Below are positions 12,269 through 24,070 of a DNA stretch of 64,000 nt, piece by piece. The first letter of the stretch is position 1; the number at the start of each line of letters is the position of its first letter. The DNA is from Euglena gracilis. Taxonomy: Eukaryota. The stretch spans positions 43,150,632 to 43,214,631 of the forward strand of contig CP154954.1 of NCBI GenBank assembly GCA_039621445.1, read 5' to 3'. The notes beneath the pieces were generated by a model, which was not told the origin of the DNA, made no database searches, and saw only the letters and a program-made list of their open reading frames with translations. Position numbers and translations under genes: made by a program.

Positions 12269-15200
12269 ATGCTGCCTGGGCGCGGACCTGGACCAGGTCC
12301 ACCATGGCCGCAGCCTTCTGGCGCGCCATACCCCCAGTACCCTCAGTATGCCGAGGCCCCGATTCCGGGTGCCCCACATGCCGAGAGGAGCGCAGCCCCG
12401 GTATTCGCCGCGGCTACCAGCAGCCGGTCCGCATATGCGGTACCAGATCCATCAGCCGTCCAGCAGCCGGCACCTCAGCCACCAGCGCAGCGCAGAGCGT
12501 GCCTGCCCCCGTATGCGGGAGAGATGATCTTCCGCACTACGGAGACGTTGGAGCGGGCGATGCGTATGTGCGCACACCCCCCAACGGAGCCCTTTATGCA
12601 AACCCTTTGGGATGCATACTGTGCTCAGTTGTTGGTGGTAGCCAACACCCCTGTGGCTCAGTGGTGTCCCTGTGGTCAGGCCCTGATGACAGGGAGACGG
12701 TATTTCTCGTCGGCATCCGATTCCGGATTCGAGCCCGGCGAGACCATGATGGACCTGGGCGTGTATGTGCCGCCCATGCTGCAAACGCAGACGCCGGTGG
12801 GATCCCACACCGTGCATATGCGTGAGCACACGCCCCCACCGGTAGGTGAGGCTGTGCATGTCCCACCTGGGATGACGAGAATTTTTGCTCGCCCGCCCTC
12901 GCCGCAGCGAATGCCGCCGCGCGAGCCGCCAGCGGAGCAATTTGTCTCGCGGTACGCGACGCACGCGGATTACCCGCGCGGCGCACGCGTGCTCCCAGCC
13001 GGACAGTCGGACGTGCCCTCTGAGGCATACGTCCAACACATGTTCATGCACTGGATGCCACAAGCATCACCGGTCGCCCCTGTCCCTGGCGTTGAGCCAC
13101 GGAGGCAGGCGGAGCCCATAGTGGTGGAGGATGAACCTCCCCACCGTGAGGCAGCCCGACCGCCCAGTGCAGCCCCTGTCCAGACTGGGGATGTCCCCCG
13201 TCGGCAGGAGGCTCCCTACTATCATATGGCACCTCCGGGAACCGAGCAGGATGAGCTTGCTCGGCACTTCCTGCAGGAGCCAGTATTCGCGTCTGAAGAG
13301 CACCGGACGAGGTATTACGCCTCTCTGGCTGCCCTTCAGGGTCGTGGATACACCCCCTACCATCCGTACCAACCGCAGCTGCGGGTGGCGACCCCGGTAT
13401 TACCCGGTGAGCCCCCGGCAGGAGCGGCAGGATTACCTGCCACCCTGAAGCGCGATAGGGTTACGGAGAACCTTACCCCACAGCCCAGGCGACCCAGCCC
13501 ACGGGACGCGGAAGGCGGTGCGACAATGCAGGTGGAAGCCAGCCCGGATACCCCGGCTGGGCAACCACCGGCAGTGGCACAGGCAGCGATGAGCCGTCCT
13601 GTTGCCGCAATGCCACCGCCGATCCCTCCGGTATGGAAGGAGCCGCGACCCCCTACGCCGAAACCAAGCCCACGCCAGGCTCCTAGCCAGCGCCCAGCCA
13701 CGCCGTCACCGCGACGTGCAGCGGAACGGCAAGGTCCCTCCCCAGAGATGGAATGGGAAGGTACCGAACCGACTCCTGCCGCACCGAGCGCCCGACCCTC
13801 TGGTATTCGCCAGACAGGGAAGGACAAAGGTAAGGCTGAGGGCAAAGGCAAGGGAGAAGGCAAAGGCGTGGCCGGCAAAGGTAAGGGTGAGGGCAAGGGT
13901 AAGGGTACAGCCCGTGAGGAGGAGGAAGAACCAGCAGAAGTCCTCTCGGACTTTGAGCAAATGCTCAGGTTCAAGGAGGAGCTGGAGGACGAAGGCTGGC
14001 GAATGCAGCATGATTACCATGTTGCAGGAAACCGCCCCGTCACCCCTCCGGAAGCAGTCATCGAGGTGGTATTACACCACACCGAGAACAGAGTCAGACA
14101 ATTCCATTACGGAATTGACCTGTACGCCTTCGAAGGTGAAGGTGGCAGACCCTTGCTGGATGCCCAGCCGGGTTTCTGGGAACTCTGGTTTTGGCTGGGA
14201 TACCCCTGCCAGAACTGGGTTCTCTTCAGCGACTCCACTGGCCGCAGTTACCTGCACCAGTTAGGATTTCGGGACCAGCATGTGTTGGCCCGAAGGCTGA
14301 AGGCAATCTTCGACTGTATTCATACAGTCGGACCCCTCGGCGTACAGTAGGAATTCTACCCACTGAACCCCGACATCGAACGCCTGATCGAGGTGTTGTG
14401 GTGCAACAACCTCCAGGTGTGGCTGGTGAGCCATTACGGCTCCACCTTCCGCGTTAAGCGCGTTTCCCTGGCTTACCCACAGAGGTATGACCTCTGTTGT
14501 AAGTATTGCCGGCAGGAGTTTCCTGTCGACTTCTGGGGATTCGGCGTACGCGGAAGTCCTCCACCGCCTCGGGATAACCCGGGACTGGAGATGGGACGCC
14601 GCATGCTTATGCATGTGTGCCGCGACGCCCCGGATGTCCAGGGCAAAAGTCGCCGCGTCCATAAGCAGCGTATTTTTATGCTGCAACAGTTCTGGTGGCG
14701 AGCCTGGACCACCTATGTCATGGAGGTGTATATACATCTCCGTGACCCCCAGGACGATAGGCCTGGTATGGAAAGCTTGCCACCAGACTACGGCGACCCC
14801 GTTGAGGGACCTCGTCGTCGTCGGGTTATCGCCGACCTGCGCCCCAACTGGCACCTGGCCGGGATAGACCTGGAGGAACATTTGAGGCGACAGTTTGGCG
14901 GTACCCTCGACAGGGAGGTATTCCTCCAGCTGATGAATCACCCGAAGGCCATCCTCGACCTGGGTATGCCGATTCTGGCATGCGTGCAGGAGTTCGAGGA
15001 CGGGTTTTTCGAGGTCTGGGAGGACACGCGTTACCGCGGCTTCCTGGGCCCGAACAGGCCTGCCAACGCCTGGGTGCAGCCATCATGGCCGCCACCCTGG
15101 CCCAACAGCGCCAGTAGCAGTACGCTGGCCTTTTACAGGCTGGCGGATGCCCAGGGATGCCGATGGCACCCCGACGACCCTCGTTCGCCCGAGGATCTGC

Positions 15201-17775
15201 GCGCCTTCATCGCCCCAGAGGATGAACCTCTGGCGCGAAGGAGACGTGAGGCGTCAGTCGCTTCCACCACTGCGATTCCGCGGCGGGAGGAACGCGACCG
15301 CAGCCCCTCCGTCACCATACTGGAGGCAGCGCCGCCGTCTCCGACAGGAACGGCTGTATCATTCGTCTCTGCCCCGCGAGCGGCAGGGGAACGATCGGTT
15401 TCCCCGGCCCCCGCGACGGCTCACGTCTGTCCACCGGTAGGTGGAGACCAGGAACTTCCTGAGGAGGAAGGTGAGAACGTGGAGGATATCCTCTACGCTG
15501 CTCTGCATGCTCCGGCACAGCCTAGGCCAGACACAGCACCCGCAGGGGATATACCTGTGGATGCTACGCCTGTTCCAACGGCTGAGCCTCCAGCCGAGGT
15601 GACTGGTATGGTCGTCGAGGATATCCTCGAAGAACCTGCCAGTCCCACAGCACGCACCTCGTTAGGAGGCCGTGTGCTCGGCGCCGTGGTCACTGGCATT
15701 ACTGCCGTGGCTGCTGCACTAACGCCACGAGGTGGAGGCGTAGCATCAAGCTCCGCCGCTGAGGTCGTGGAGACACCAGATGTCGGTGTCCCCACACCCC
15801 CGTCTCCGGCAGCAGTGCAACCACCATCAGGGGATGAACCCCAGCCGACAGAGACATCTGTCGCACCGGCTACACCGGAGGATCAACCTCCCGTAGCACC
15901 TGCGCCAGCGGTTGTGGAGGATCAACCTCCTAGACCGGATGTCGAAATGGAAGTGGAGGAGATACCCCCACGACCACCGACACCGCGCAGGGTCCCTGCC
16001 GTCCCGAGGACAATGGCAGAGTTTCTGGGAGTGCCAGCGCCTGTGGAAGCACCGATTCCGGTGACGACCACAGTGCCACGCCTCGTCGGACAGGATGAAC
16101 CTGCTCGGCGACGGCCGGCTGAACAACCCCAGGAACGAGTGCCGACCCCTCGGAGCGTCATGCGCGACCCAGCGGTCAGTATGCCCGCTTCGCCCAGACG
16201 GCAAACGTCTACTCCGGCACCATCGGCTCCTGATACCAGGAGTAAGCCTCCTGATTCCGGGAGTGCGAAGCCGAAAGGAGGCAAACCGGGTGCTACACCC
16301 TGTAAGCCCCCTTCCAAAGGCGGTGATGGGAAACCACCACCGAAAGGTGGCGCTGGAGGTCAGACTGGCGGACAGCCGAAAGGCCCTACGACAATGCACG
16401 ACTATTCGGCCGTTGCATCGTCCGGGTACGGCCAGAGCAAACCGAAAGGTAAGGCTCGTGGTCGACAGGCCCAGTCTTCCGCCGGATCGACGGATGAGGA
16501 GCAGGATGAACCTGCTTCACCTCCTGTGTCTGCGGATGCCCAGCTCTGGACCCAGGATATCCTGACCAGACTAGGCACCGTGGAAGAGAGGACGAAGAAA
16601 CTGGCTGCTATTAGGCACCAGAAAGGGTCACTGAATCGATGGATTCAGCCCCTCTTCGTCCGAGGAGAACCTTTCCACTATGCCCCGGAACATACCTGGA
16701 CATTCTGGAACAGGCGCTCACCCAGAGTACTGGCACAGTACTTTGGCGAGGACTGCGTGTTGGATTTCCAGCACGGCACGTCCTTTGCCTGGACGTGCAC
16801 CGTATGCCACCATGTGCGGCATAACCAACCGCTTGTGCATGTGTGCAAGCGGCAGGTGCAATCCTCGTGGTTCCATCACAGGGCATATGTGCCGAACTGT
16901 GTGGCGCTCGTATGTGGCGAGTGCCTGAATGCCTGGAAGCACAGCTTGAACTACTCCTACAGTGAGAATGCTCACGACAGGGATATCCCTGCCTTGTGCA
17001 TCAACTGTATAGGAGGCAAGTTCGTGCAGACTGCTGATGGAGCAGTCACCACCATTGTCCCCCAGCACTGGGAGACACTGGAGAAGTGGAAGAAGGAGTA
17101 CAAGCAGGTGGAAGGACGCCTGAAGCACTCCGACTTCAAAAAGGTAGAAAGCTACCGCCACACGGGAATGGCCCGTGAGTTCCAGATCGACGCTGGGGCA
17201 ATGCGCCTCGCCGTCGAGGAACACGCCAAGGTAAGAATGCCTTACCTCTGGACTGATGGCGACTGGGAGACACAGGTTTACCCCCTGTTCTCCAAGCGTC
17301 AGCATGGCGGATACGCTTTGCCACTGTGGCCTCCTGAAGAACACGATTGGTGGACTTCAGAGGTTGGTTGGCGGCAGTATTACGGCCCCATACCGCAAGA
17401 GCTCGGACAGCGAGGTGGATGTATGACATCAACTTCAAGCAGACCCCGGGGATGCCCCCGCAGGTGCCTGCGAATCACCCCCGGATGAATTACATCATCT
17501 GGCCGGTGATGCTGCCCAGAATTTTCTGGGAGCAGCTCCAACGGTATCTTCAGCATCATGCTGAACGTACCAGGGAGAAGCTGCCGGATAATTGGATCAA
17601 GGACTGGGAGACCCCTTCCTTTGATGTCAACGATCCGGAGCTCAACACCATTCGGAGTGAATCAGCTCCGCCGCGTTCCCCACGCCAACTGGAGTTGGTT
17701 GAGGACCCATTAGGGGACCCCCAACACGACTACTGGCGTGAGGTCCGCGAACGTCCAGCCGATAAAGGCAGGTGA
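12269..17775 (+). CDS. ORF3, large accessory protein of unknown function (copy 1; stop at 14348, frameshift near 17347)
   Basis: Fragments 12269-14350, 14393-17488 and 17347-17775 match the intact 1838-aa ORF of copy 2. Confidence 0.8.
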
Positions 17776-17815
17776 GGTGTCTGTCAGCGCCAATGCGGCG
17801 TCTTTCAGCACCCTC

Positions 17816-17892
17816 GTCAGGTATTCGCCTGACACCCTGTTTGGGTATTCGCCCGAACAGCCCCTTCGAAGACCCTTTGCGGTATTCGCCGC
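17816..17892 (+). promoter_or_regulatory. Three tandem RNA hairpins with identical UAUUCG loop in the element 3' UTR
   Basis: gtcagg-TATTCG-cctgac; tgtttggg-TATTCG-cccgaaca; gcgg-TATTCG-ccgc. Conserved at ~38930-39005. Confidence 0.7.
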
Positions 17893-18589
17893 TGGTAAGT
17901 TCCCACCGGGATGCTGCCATGTGCAGGATTCCGTGCGCATGCATGCACACCCCTCTCCCCTCTCCCCTCTCGAGGGCGTGCGACACGCAGCGCACAGGGC
18001 CGACGGCCTCTTTTCCTTTCCCTTTCTTTTCTTTTCGGCCGTTTGAGGCCTTAAGGCTGCCAGACAGCACCACTTTTCTGGCCTAAGCCAACCCCCCACT
18101 CCTCTCTACTTTCCCCCCGGGGCAAATGCTGTCGCCGGCAGTTGGTTTTGTAGAGTAGGATTTCCTTTTGCGTGGTCAGGTTTGACTGGCCATGCGCCCT
18201 GCCCAGGTTTGACTGGTCAGAGGCCCCCTCCTTCCACACCCTCCCCATGGGTTTTCCTGGAATGCCCATGGACCCAACCCCAAGTGCCTTGGGCACACCC
18301 AAACTGGGTGGATAGGTTTGCTTGGCAAAGAAACCTGCCAGCACCATTTTCCCCAGTGGGCTATAATATACTATATACCCATAAGCCACCGCAGAATAGG
18401 TGAAACCATTTTGCGCATTTTGTGCTTTTTGGGTCCCCTGCTTTTCCGCCCCCCCCCTTTGAGTGGACCCCTGTGCGACGGAAAGGGCCCCTGTGGATGC
18501 GCCAGGGTGCACCTCCCACAGACCAGGTCTGTGTCCGAAATCCCTGTGGCCAGAATGCCTGGTCCAAAGGGGAAATCGGGCATAGCCCT

Positions 18590-18599
18590 GGGAGGGGGA
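18590..18599 (+). promoter_or_regulatory. Polypurine tract
   Basis: GGGAGGGGGA immediately before the 3' LTR. Confidence 0.85.
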
Positions 18600-18907
18600 T
18601 GTGTACCAGGCGTATGCTTCTGTCCCCTTCCGTTGAGGAAGTTAGGATGGAAGCAGATCCTATTAGGATTTCCTAATGGGTGCCCCTTCTCTCTCCACAG
18701 GTGGTATTCTGTTTGTCTTTCCTTTTCTCCGGACCGGACTTGGTTATCCAGTCCGTCCTCCCTGCATTGCTCCGTGCTTTGCTTCTTGGGAAGTGGGAAA
18801 AGGGTTTTCACTGTTACTCTGATTTTCAGTTCCCAAGTAGGTGCGCCAAGGCGAAAGCGAAGGCTTTTGGGAAATGGGAAAGGGGAATTGGGAATCAGAC
18901 GTACACT
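18600..18907 (+). repeat. 3' LTR (copy 1)
   Basis: 308 bp, 2 substitutions relative to the 5' LTR. Confidence 0.95.
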
Positions 18908-18912
18908 CCCCT

Positions 18913-19950
18913 CCCCTGAGGAAGGTTCTTTTCTGAGAAGTTTCGGCGGGCTCACTTGGTGTTTGTGCTTCGCCTTCAGTGTCCCTTCCTCCCCTCTCGG
19001 TCTTCCTCGGGGGAGTGCGAGACACCTTGGGCTTCGCACTTCCCCCAACTGAGGTTGACTGTGCACCCTGTGGATGCACACTGTGGATGGTGGCGGCTCC
19101 ACCTAAGAAATTTTTATACTAAAGCGTGCTCCAAGTTTTCTTGGGCACCCAACCTCTGATAATGGGAACAAAAGGCTTCCAAAATTTCCCATTGAAAAAT
19201 CTCACAGACCAATTCTGATCTCAAACGCAATTTTTTCATCATGTTCACTCCTGCCCCGCTGGCAGAGGGAGGGCCACAAATACGGGAATCAATCTCAAAA
19301 CTTATAAGACATTTTTTTTGTTAAAGATGCAATGGTGTCCGCCTTGATACCACTGAAGGAGGTTGGGGGGGGTCAAAAACACATGCCCCCTGTTGGGCAA
19401 TGGTCTTTTTGCAAGGGCCACATATTCTTTTAAAGCGTGAAAGGGAGAGATTTAGGTAATTTTTGTTAAAGAAACCATTTTTTACAATCTTGCTATTTTT
19501 TGACCGTTTCTCCGCATTTTTGCATGAGGAGTTGAGCCTAGTAAACTTGCACAACGTCTCATTTCTGATAAATGAGAAGATCTGAGCAACATCAATAATG
19601 TACAAACCAGAATCAAGTGCAAATGTAACTGTGACAGGTTGTTCTGAAGGGTGGTAAACGGAACTGAGGCCAGACGAGCTGCAAAAAGCTCAGTTCTATT
19701 GTGGGGCAGGTCAGACTACTTAGTTTACATGCCATTTCTCAGATTTTTAAGAGATCAATTTTGCAAAATGGTGGATTTGCACACCAGGTGGGGTTGGGAC
19801 CACATCTGCCATTTTCCATGGGGTCTAGGATCTAATTGTGTAATTAAATTAATTTCACAGCCAGGTGTAGGAAGTGCATTTCAATACAAGGCCTCTCAAG
19901 AATTGTTCTCAGAAAGAGGCACCTGGCAGTGGTGGAGGGTCTGGATAAAA
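18913..19950 (-). pseudogene. Degenerate DIRS-like fragment (YR 3' end with ICR-like motif, extending toward the MTase)
   Basis: Minus-strand SAKPKVSRTPPRKTERGGRDTEGEAQTPSEP matches the YR tail of 52-1026, with decayed YR motifs upstream. Confidence 0.7.
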
Positions 19951-19951
19951 C

Positions 19952-20700
19952 TTGAGGTCGAAATGTGAAGGATTTTTTGAAGGAACGGACCTGCGTGCCC
20001 TTCATATAAACGAAAAGGAGTTCATGTCTGCCGTGGAAACGGTAAACACCTTGGTCTCCCCCCCCCAGAATCTCTTGCACGGGGGCACAGAGCAAGCGAA
20101 CTCCGGTAAAATTGCAGCACGAACGGTACAACGCCTAACCTTCCCAAAAACATTCACCTTCAAAAGAAGGCAAACAAGGCGTTGCGTCACTTGGTGTTTG
20201 CGCTTCGCCCTTGGTGTCCCTTCCACCCCTCTCGGTATGCCTCGGGGAGTGTGATTACAAGTCAACCACTGCATCGTGCGGCGGCACGGACGCTGGACAA
20301 ATTTGGCCAGACGGAAAATGCAAAGGAAAATGTCACCACAGGTCGATCAGACTCCCCCCACTCTCTCCATTCCCCCCTTCCAGGGAACAGACGTTTCCAG
20401 CATGGGCTATGGCAGCCCTTCAAAACAACAGCTATTGCAACCAGAAAGCGTCATGGCAAGGCGGCCCAAGGAACATGTATCAACATCAAGATTGGCAAAT
20501 GGAGGGGAAAGACAAAATTTATACTCTTCCAGAGTGGCAGCCCACAGGTCGAACAGACCTCCCGTCCCCCCTTTTGTTAACCCCTCAGGGTCAGTGGGAG
20601 CCAGACAGGGCATCAGCCCTTCAATCGAAGGCTTTATGGCCATCAATCCAAAGGCCAAAATGGAGGATGCCTGGGACAACACGTCAAACAGACCTTCTCC
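19952..20700 (+). pseudogene. DIRS-like scraps: RNase H piece, right-end copy (~20186-20253), gag/RT-start piece
   Basis: LRALHINEKEFMSAVETV resembles DIRS RNase H. The 20186-20253 segment resembles 1077-1148. Confidence 0.55.
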
Positions 20701-20703
20701 CCA

Positions 20704-20842
20704 AACCCTAACCCTAACCGTAACCGTAAACCTAACCCTAACCCTAACCCTAACCCTAACCCTAACCCTAACCCTAACCCTAACCCTAACCCTAACCCTA
20801 ACCCTAACCCTAACTCTAACCCTAACCCTAACCCTAACCCTA
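20704..20842. repeat. Interstitial telomeric repeat (CCCTAA)n, about 23 units
   Basis: Direct reading, with a few variant units (ccgtaa, ctctaa). Confidence 0.95.
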
Positions 20843-22660
20843 GGTGCTGTGTGGTTTCAAATGGGAGGTGTCCACGCCCCCCTCTTGCAGAATCTCTTTG
20901 GTGAGGGAATTCACTCTGTCTGAGGTCAAAGGCCTTTTCCCATCCGAAGACCATAACAAATTATTTTTGTGTCCAACCATGTGGGCCGTCCTCCTCACCT
21001 ATTCTTGCAATAAATGCCAGAGCCTTATGAGTGGGCTGTGTGGCAGGTTCAATACCTCCTCCAGCCTGGGGTAATGCCACCCTTTCCTTTGCAGCGAGAC
21101 GCTTTTTTTTTCTCCCAGCAAACTGATTTTTCGCTGGGTTCTGGCACAACCCCCCCCCCTTGTGGATGGCCAACAGCCTCCAACAAATGATAAGCCTTTT
21201 AGTAAGGTCTTTCAAAGACAATTCTGAGAGGGGTTCAGAGTATTTGCTTAGTCACCATGGAAATTCTGTTGGATCCCAAAAACTGGCATACCTAGCCACA
21301 TTTAAATTCCAGTTTCTTTTCAGTGGAGCGGAAACCCTCAATGAATAAAACGTTCGGAGTAACAAAGCTGCCGCATATGCATTTCGAGCAGTTCTGAGGC
21401 TGTGAATTGCAAGCTCCAGGATGGCCTCAGCCATTTTGTGCACTGCGCAGTCCTGCAGGGAACCCTTTGTGCGACAATTGGCCAACCAATGTCCTAAAGG
21501 CTGAGTCATATATTTTCACATTGCCCAGGTTTTTTATGTAAGCGTCCATACTGGACACCGAAACTTCCTTGCGGTTGTAAAATTTTCCTGGTACAATCAA
21601 GCAGGCCAAATTCCACCTGGAGTGGGGGGGCATCTCCTCCCCCCGAGCAGTCGGTGAACAGGCCCCACTGTGGAGGAACCAGCAAAACTTTGCTGCCTAG
21701 CTGTCGGATGGACATTAATTTGCGCCACCATGATGTCGAAGCCCGGTGGGGTACGATTAACAAAAAAAATTAGTTCTGGTTTCAGAACTAATCTCTGGAC
21801 CAGATTAGTTCTGAATCTGGTCCAGGGATGCTCCAGGGATGGTTTGCATAAACTAGGTGAAACCCCTTAAATCTGCCTTCAGGGCATCCACCAGCAAAGC
21901 CCCTTGGTGGGGGTATCGACAGATAAACTTGGTAAATTTTTGTTGCTGGGAGTGAAAAACATGACCACCTCTGGGGTGATGTCTTTTTGAAATGCTTCAG
22001 AATCTGGTGAAGAATGTTTAGGTTTAGGGTATAATCCACTGGGTCTTTTTTCTCCCTGGTCAGGGAGTCTGCCAATTGCTCCTAGGTGGGAACCCAAACC
22101 ACCTGCAAGTTGATTTGCTTTTCCTGACAATGGTACAGTAGAGGTTTGAGTTTTTGTCCAGCCCCCCCCCCCCTACTGCCAGTTGCTGCTGTTCGAGAAC
22201 AGTTCCTCCGATGCCTTGGATTGAAATGCCCTGCCCACACCTGGCTGTAAAATTTATTTCAGTTCCACAACTGGATCCTTGACACCCTGTGGAATGGTCA
22301 AGGTGTGTTCCAAACCCCACTTGGTGTGTAACGCCACTATTGTGCAAAGTTGATCTGTCAGCATTCTGAGAAATGGCGATAGAACTGAGTTTTGTGCAGT
22401 TCATTTTTTTGCCTTCAGCACCTTTCCTAAACTCCATTCTTAGGTGTCCTTTTTCAAATTGATACACTGGCCAAATGATTTAATTCCCGTGGGGGTTGCA
22501 GACAGTGTTTGGGGAGGTTTAGTCTGAAACCTGCAGTAATAGATCCTCTTTCATGTTTGTCAAATGCTGGGATGCTGTCTTTTTGCTGGGGGCTAACAGC
22601 AAAATGTCGTCCAGGTAGACAAAAACTACCGTTCCCTCCTTTCTCCACTTCCTTTCTCAG
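20843..22660 (-). pseudogene. Degenerate DIRS-like element (RT, RNase H, MTase, YR)
   Basis: Minus strand VFVYLDDILL (RT, ~22595-22625), DSLTREKKDPVDYTL and VYANHPW (MTase), TARNAYAAALLL and DLTKRLIICWRLL (YR N-terminus). Heavily frameshifted. Confidence 0.75.
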
Positions 22661-24070
22661 ACCCTCATGACGATCGTAGTAGGCTGCTTACGCCGAAGCA
22701 TGCAGCTTTAAACGGCCAGGTTTGTGGATCGCCGTGGGTTGGTCCACGATTATGGGATATCCCGGAGCGGCACTGCCGGCTCGGGACGCTGCCTGGCGGG
22801 AGACCGTTTAACCGCCAGGCAAGGTTGGGTTTTGGGTTTTGGGTCCCCCCCCCAAATTTTTTTTTTGGGGTACCCCCCCAAAAAACACCAAAAATTCGTA
22901 TTTTTGGGACCCCCTCTTTGAAAAATTTTCCCCTAACCCCTAACTACCTAAAAAAGGCCGATTTTGGCCAATAAAAGCGATTTTTTGAAAATTTTCTGCG
23001 CCTGCGGCGCCCAAAAGTATATCTCACTCCCCTCTGGGCCCTCCAGGGGAGTCCGGCTGGACCCACCCCGGGTAATCCCTGGGGCTGCAGCCGGGATCGA
23101 ACCACCGACCCCGCGTGCAAAGCAGGATTCCTGTCCAACACGTCCAAAAGGATGGAAGCGCACCGGGGGGGGGGGCAGTGCTTATACAAGGCCAGTGTTT
23201 ATACACCGGGGGGGGGGATGGTACAACAAAATTGTGGATTCTGATAAGGGGTGACCGTTGGAATCCAGACTGTTATTTTCGGAGGGAAAATCATGCCCTC
23301 CAGAAATGTGGCCTCTGATTGGGGGGGGGGGGGGATCATTGTAAACCCTCCCCCCAAATAATCCCCCCCCAAATAATACCTCCCCCGGGGTACGACTTCG
23401 GCCACAAAAATAATACCCCCCTCCCCCAGTTTCGGGCCGCAAGCCCGGATTTTTGACCTGAAAATGTAGGTAAAAATGTGTACCAGGCGTATGCTTCTGT
23501 CCCCTTCCGTTGAGGAAGTTAGGATGGAAGCAGATCCTATTAGGATTTCCTAATGGGTGCCCCTTCTCTCTCCACAGGTGGTATTCTGTTTTGTCTTTCC
23601 TTTTCTCCGGACCGGACTTGGTTATCCAGTCCGTCCTCCCTGCATTGCTCCGTGCTTTGCTTCTTGGGAAGTGGGAAAAGGGTTTTTACTGTTACTCTGA
23701 TTTTCAGTTCCCAAGTAGGTGCACCAAGGCGAAAGCGAAGGCTTTTGGGAATTGGGAAAGGGGAATTGGGAATCAGACGTACACTTGGTAGCAGATAAGG
23801 TCACGATCCTACACATACAGCCCATACAGAAAGAAAACGCTATCAAGTATTACACTTGGTAGCAGATTGGTTCGATCCTACGCTGACTGGCAGCGGAGAG
23901 CCCCTGCACCGTTATTACACGGTCGCGGCGTCAGCTCCCGGCTTCTAGTCAACGTCTAAGCAGACGAGCAGGCTCCGGAAGGCTCTGTACGGTATTACCC
24001 GTTACAGCCCCTCTGGTGCCAGCACAACTGCTTAGTTTTGTGGGTTTTTGCTGTTTTTGTCATCAGAAAG

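Larger units (their letters stand above)
2434..18907 (+). mobile_element. Full-length Ty3/gypsy chromovirus LTR retrotransposon, copy 1 (~16.5 kb; gag, pol[PR-MTase-RT-RH-IN-CHD], ORF3)
   Basis: Two 308-bp LTRs with 2 differences, PBS, PPT, gypsy domain order and candidate TSD CCCCT. Copy-specific disablements near 6345, 7780, 9627, 14348 and 17347. Confidence 0.95.

Noticed and set aside
3194-17438. Numerous short antisense and overlapping ORFs within the LTR element
   Set aside because: They are shadow frames of GC-rich coding sequence with no recognisable motifs, and recur only because the element is duplicated.
17763-18047. Splice donor overlapping the ORF3 stop (AG/GTRAG) with a downstream pyrimidine tract
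   Set aside because: Splicing to the next AG would add only about one codon before TAA, and there is no further support.
22790-22821. 5S rRNA start (TGCCTGGCGG)
   Set aside because: The match is limited to 10 nt and the rest does not follow 5S sequence or structure.
23779-23870. CRISPR-like repeat-spacer unit
   Set aside because: Only two repeats, both LTR-end/PBS sequence, in a eukaryotic context with no cas genes.
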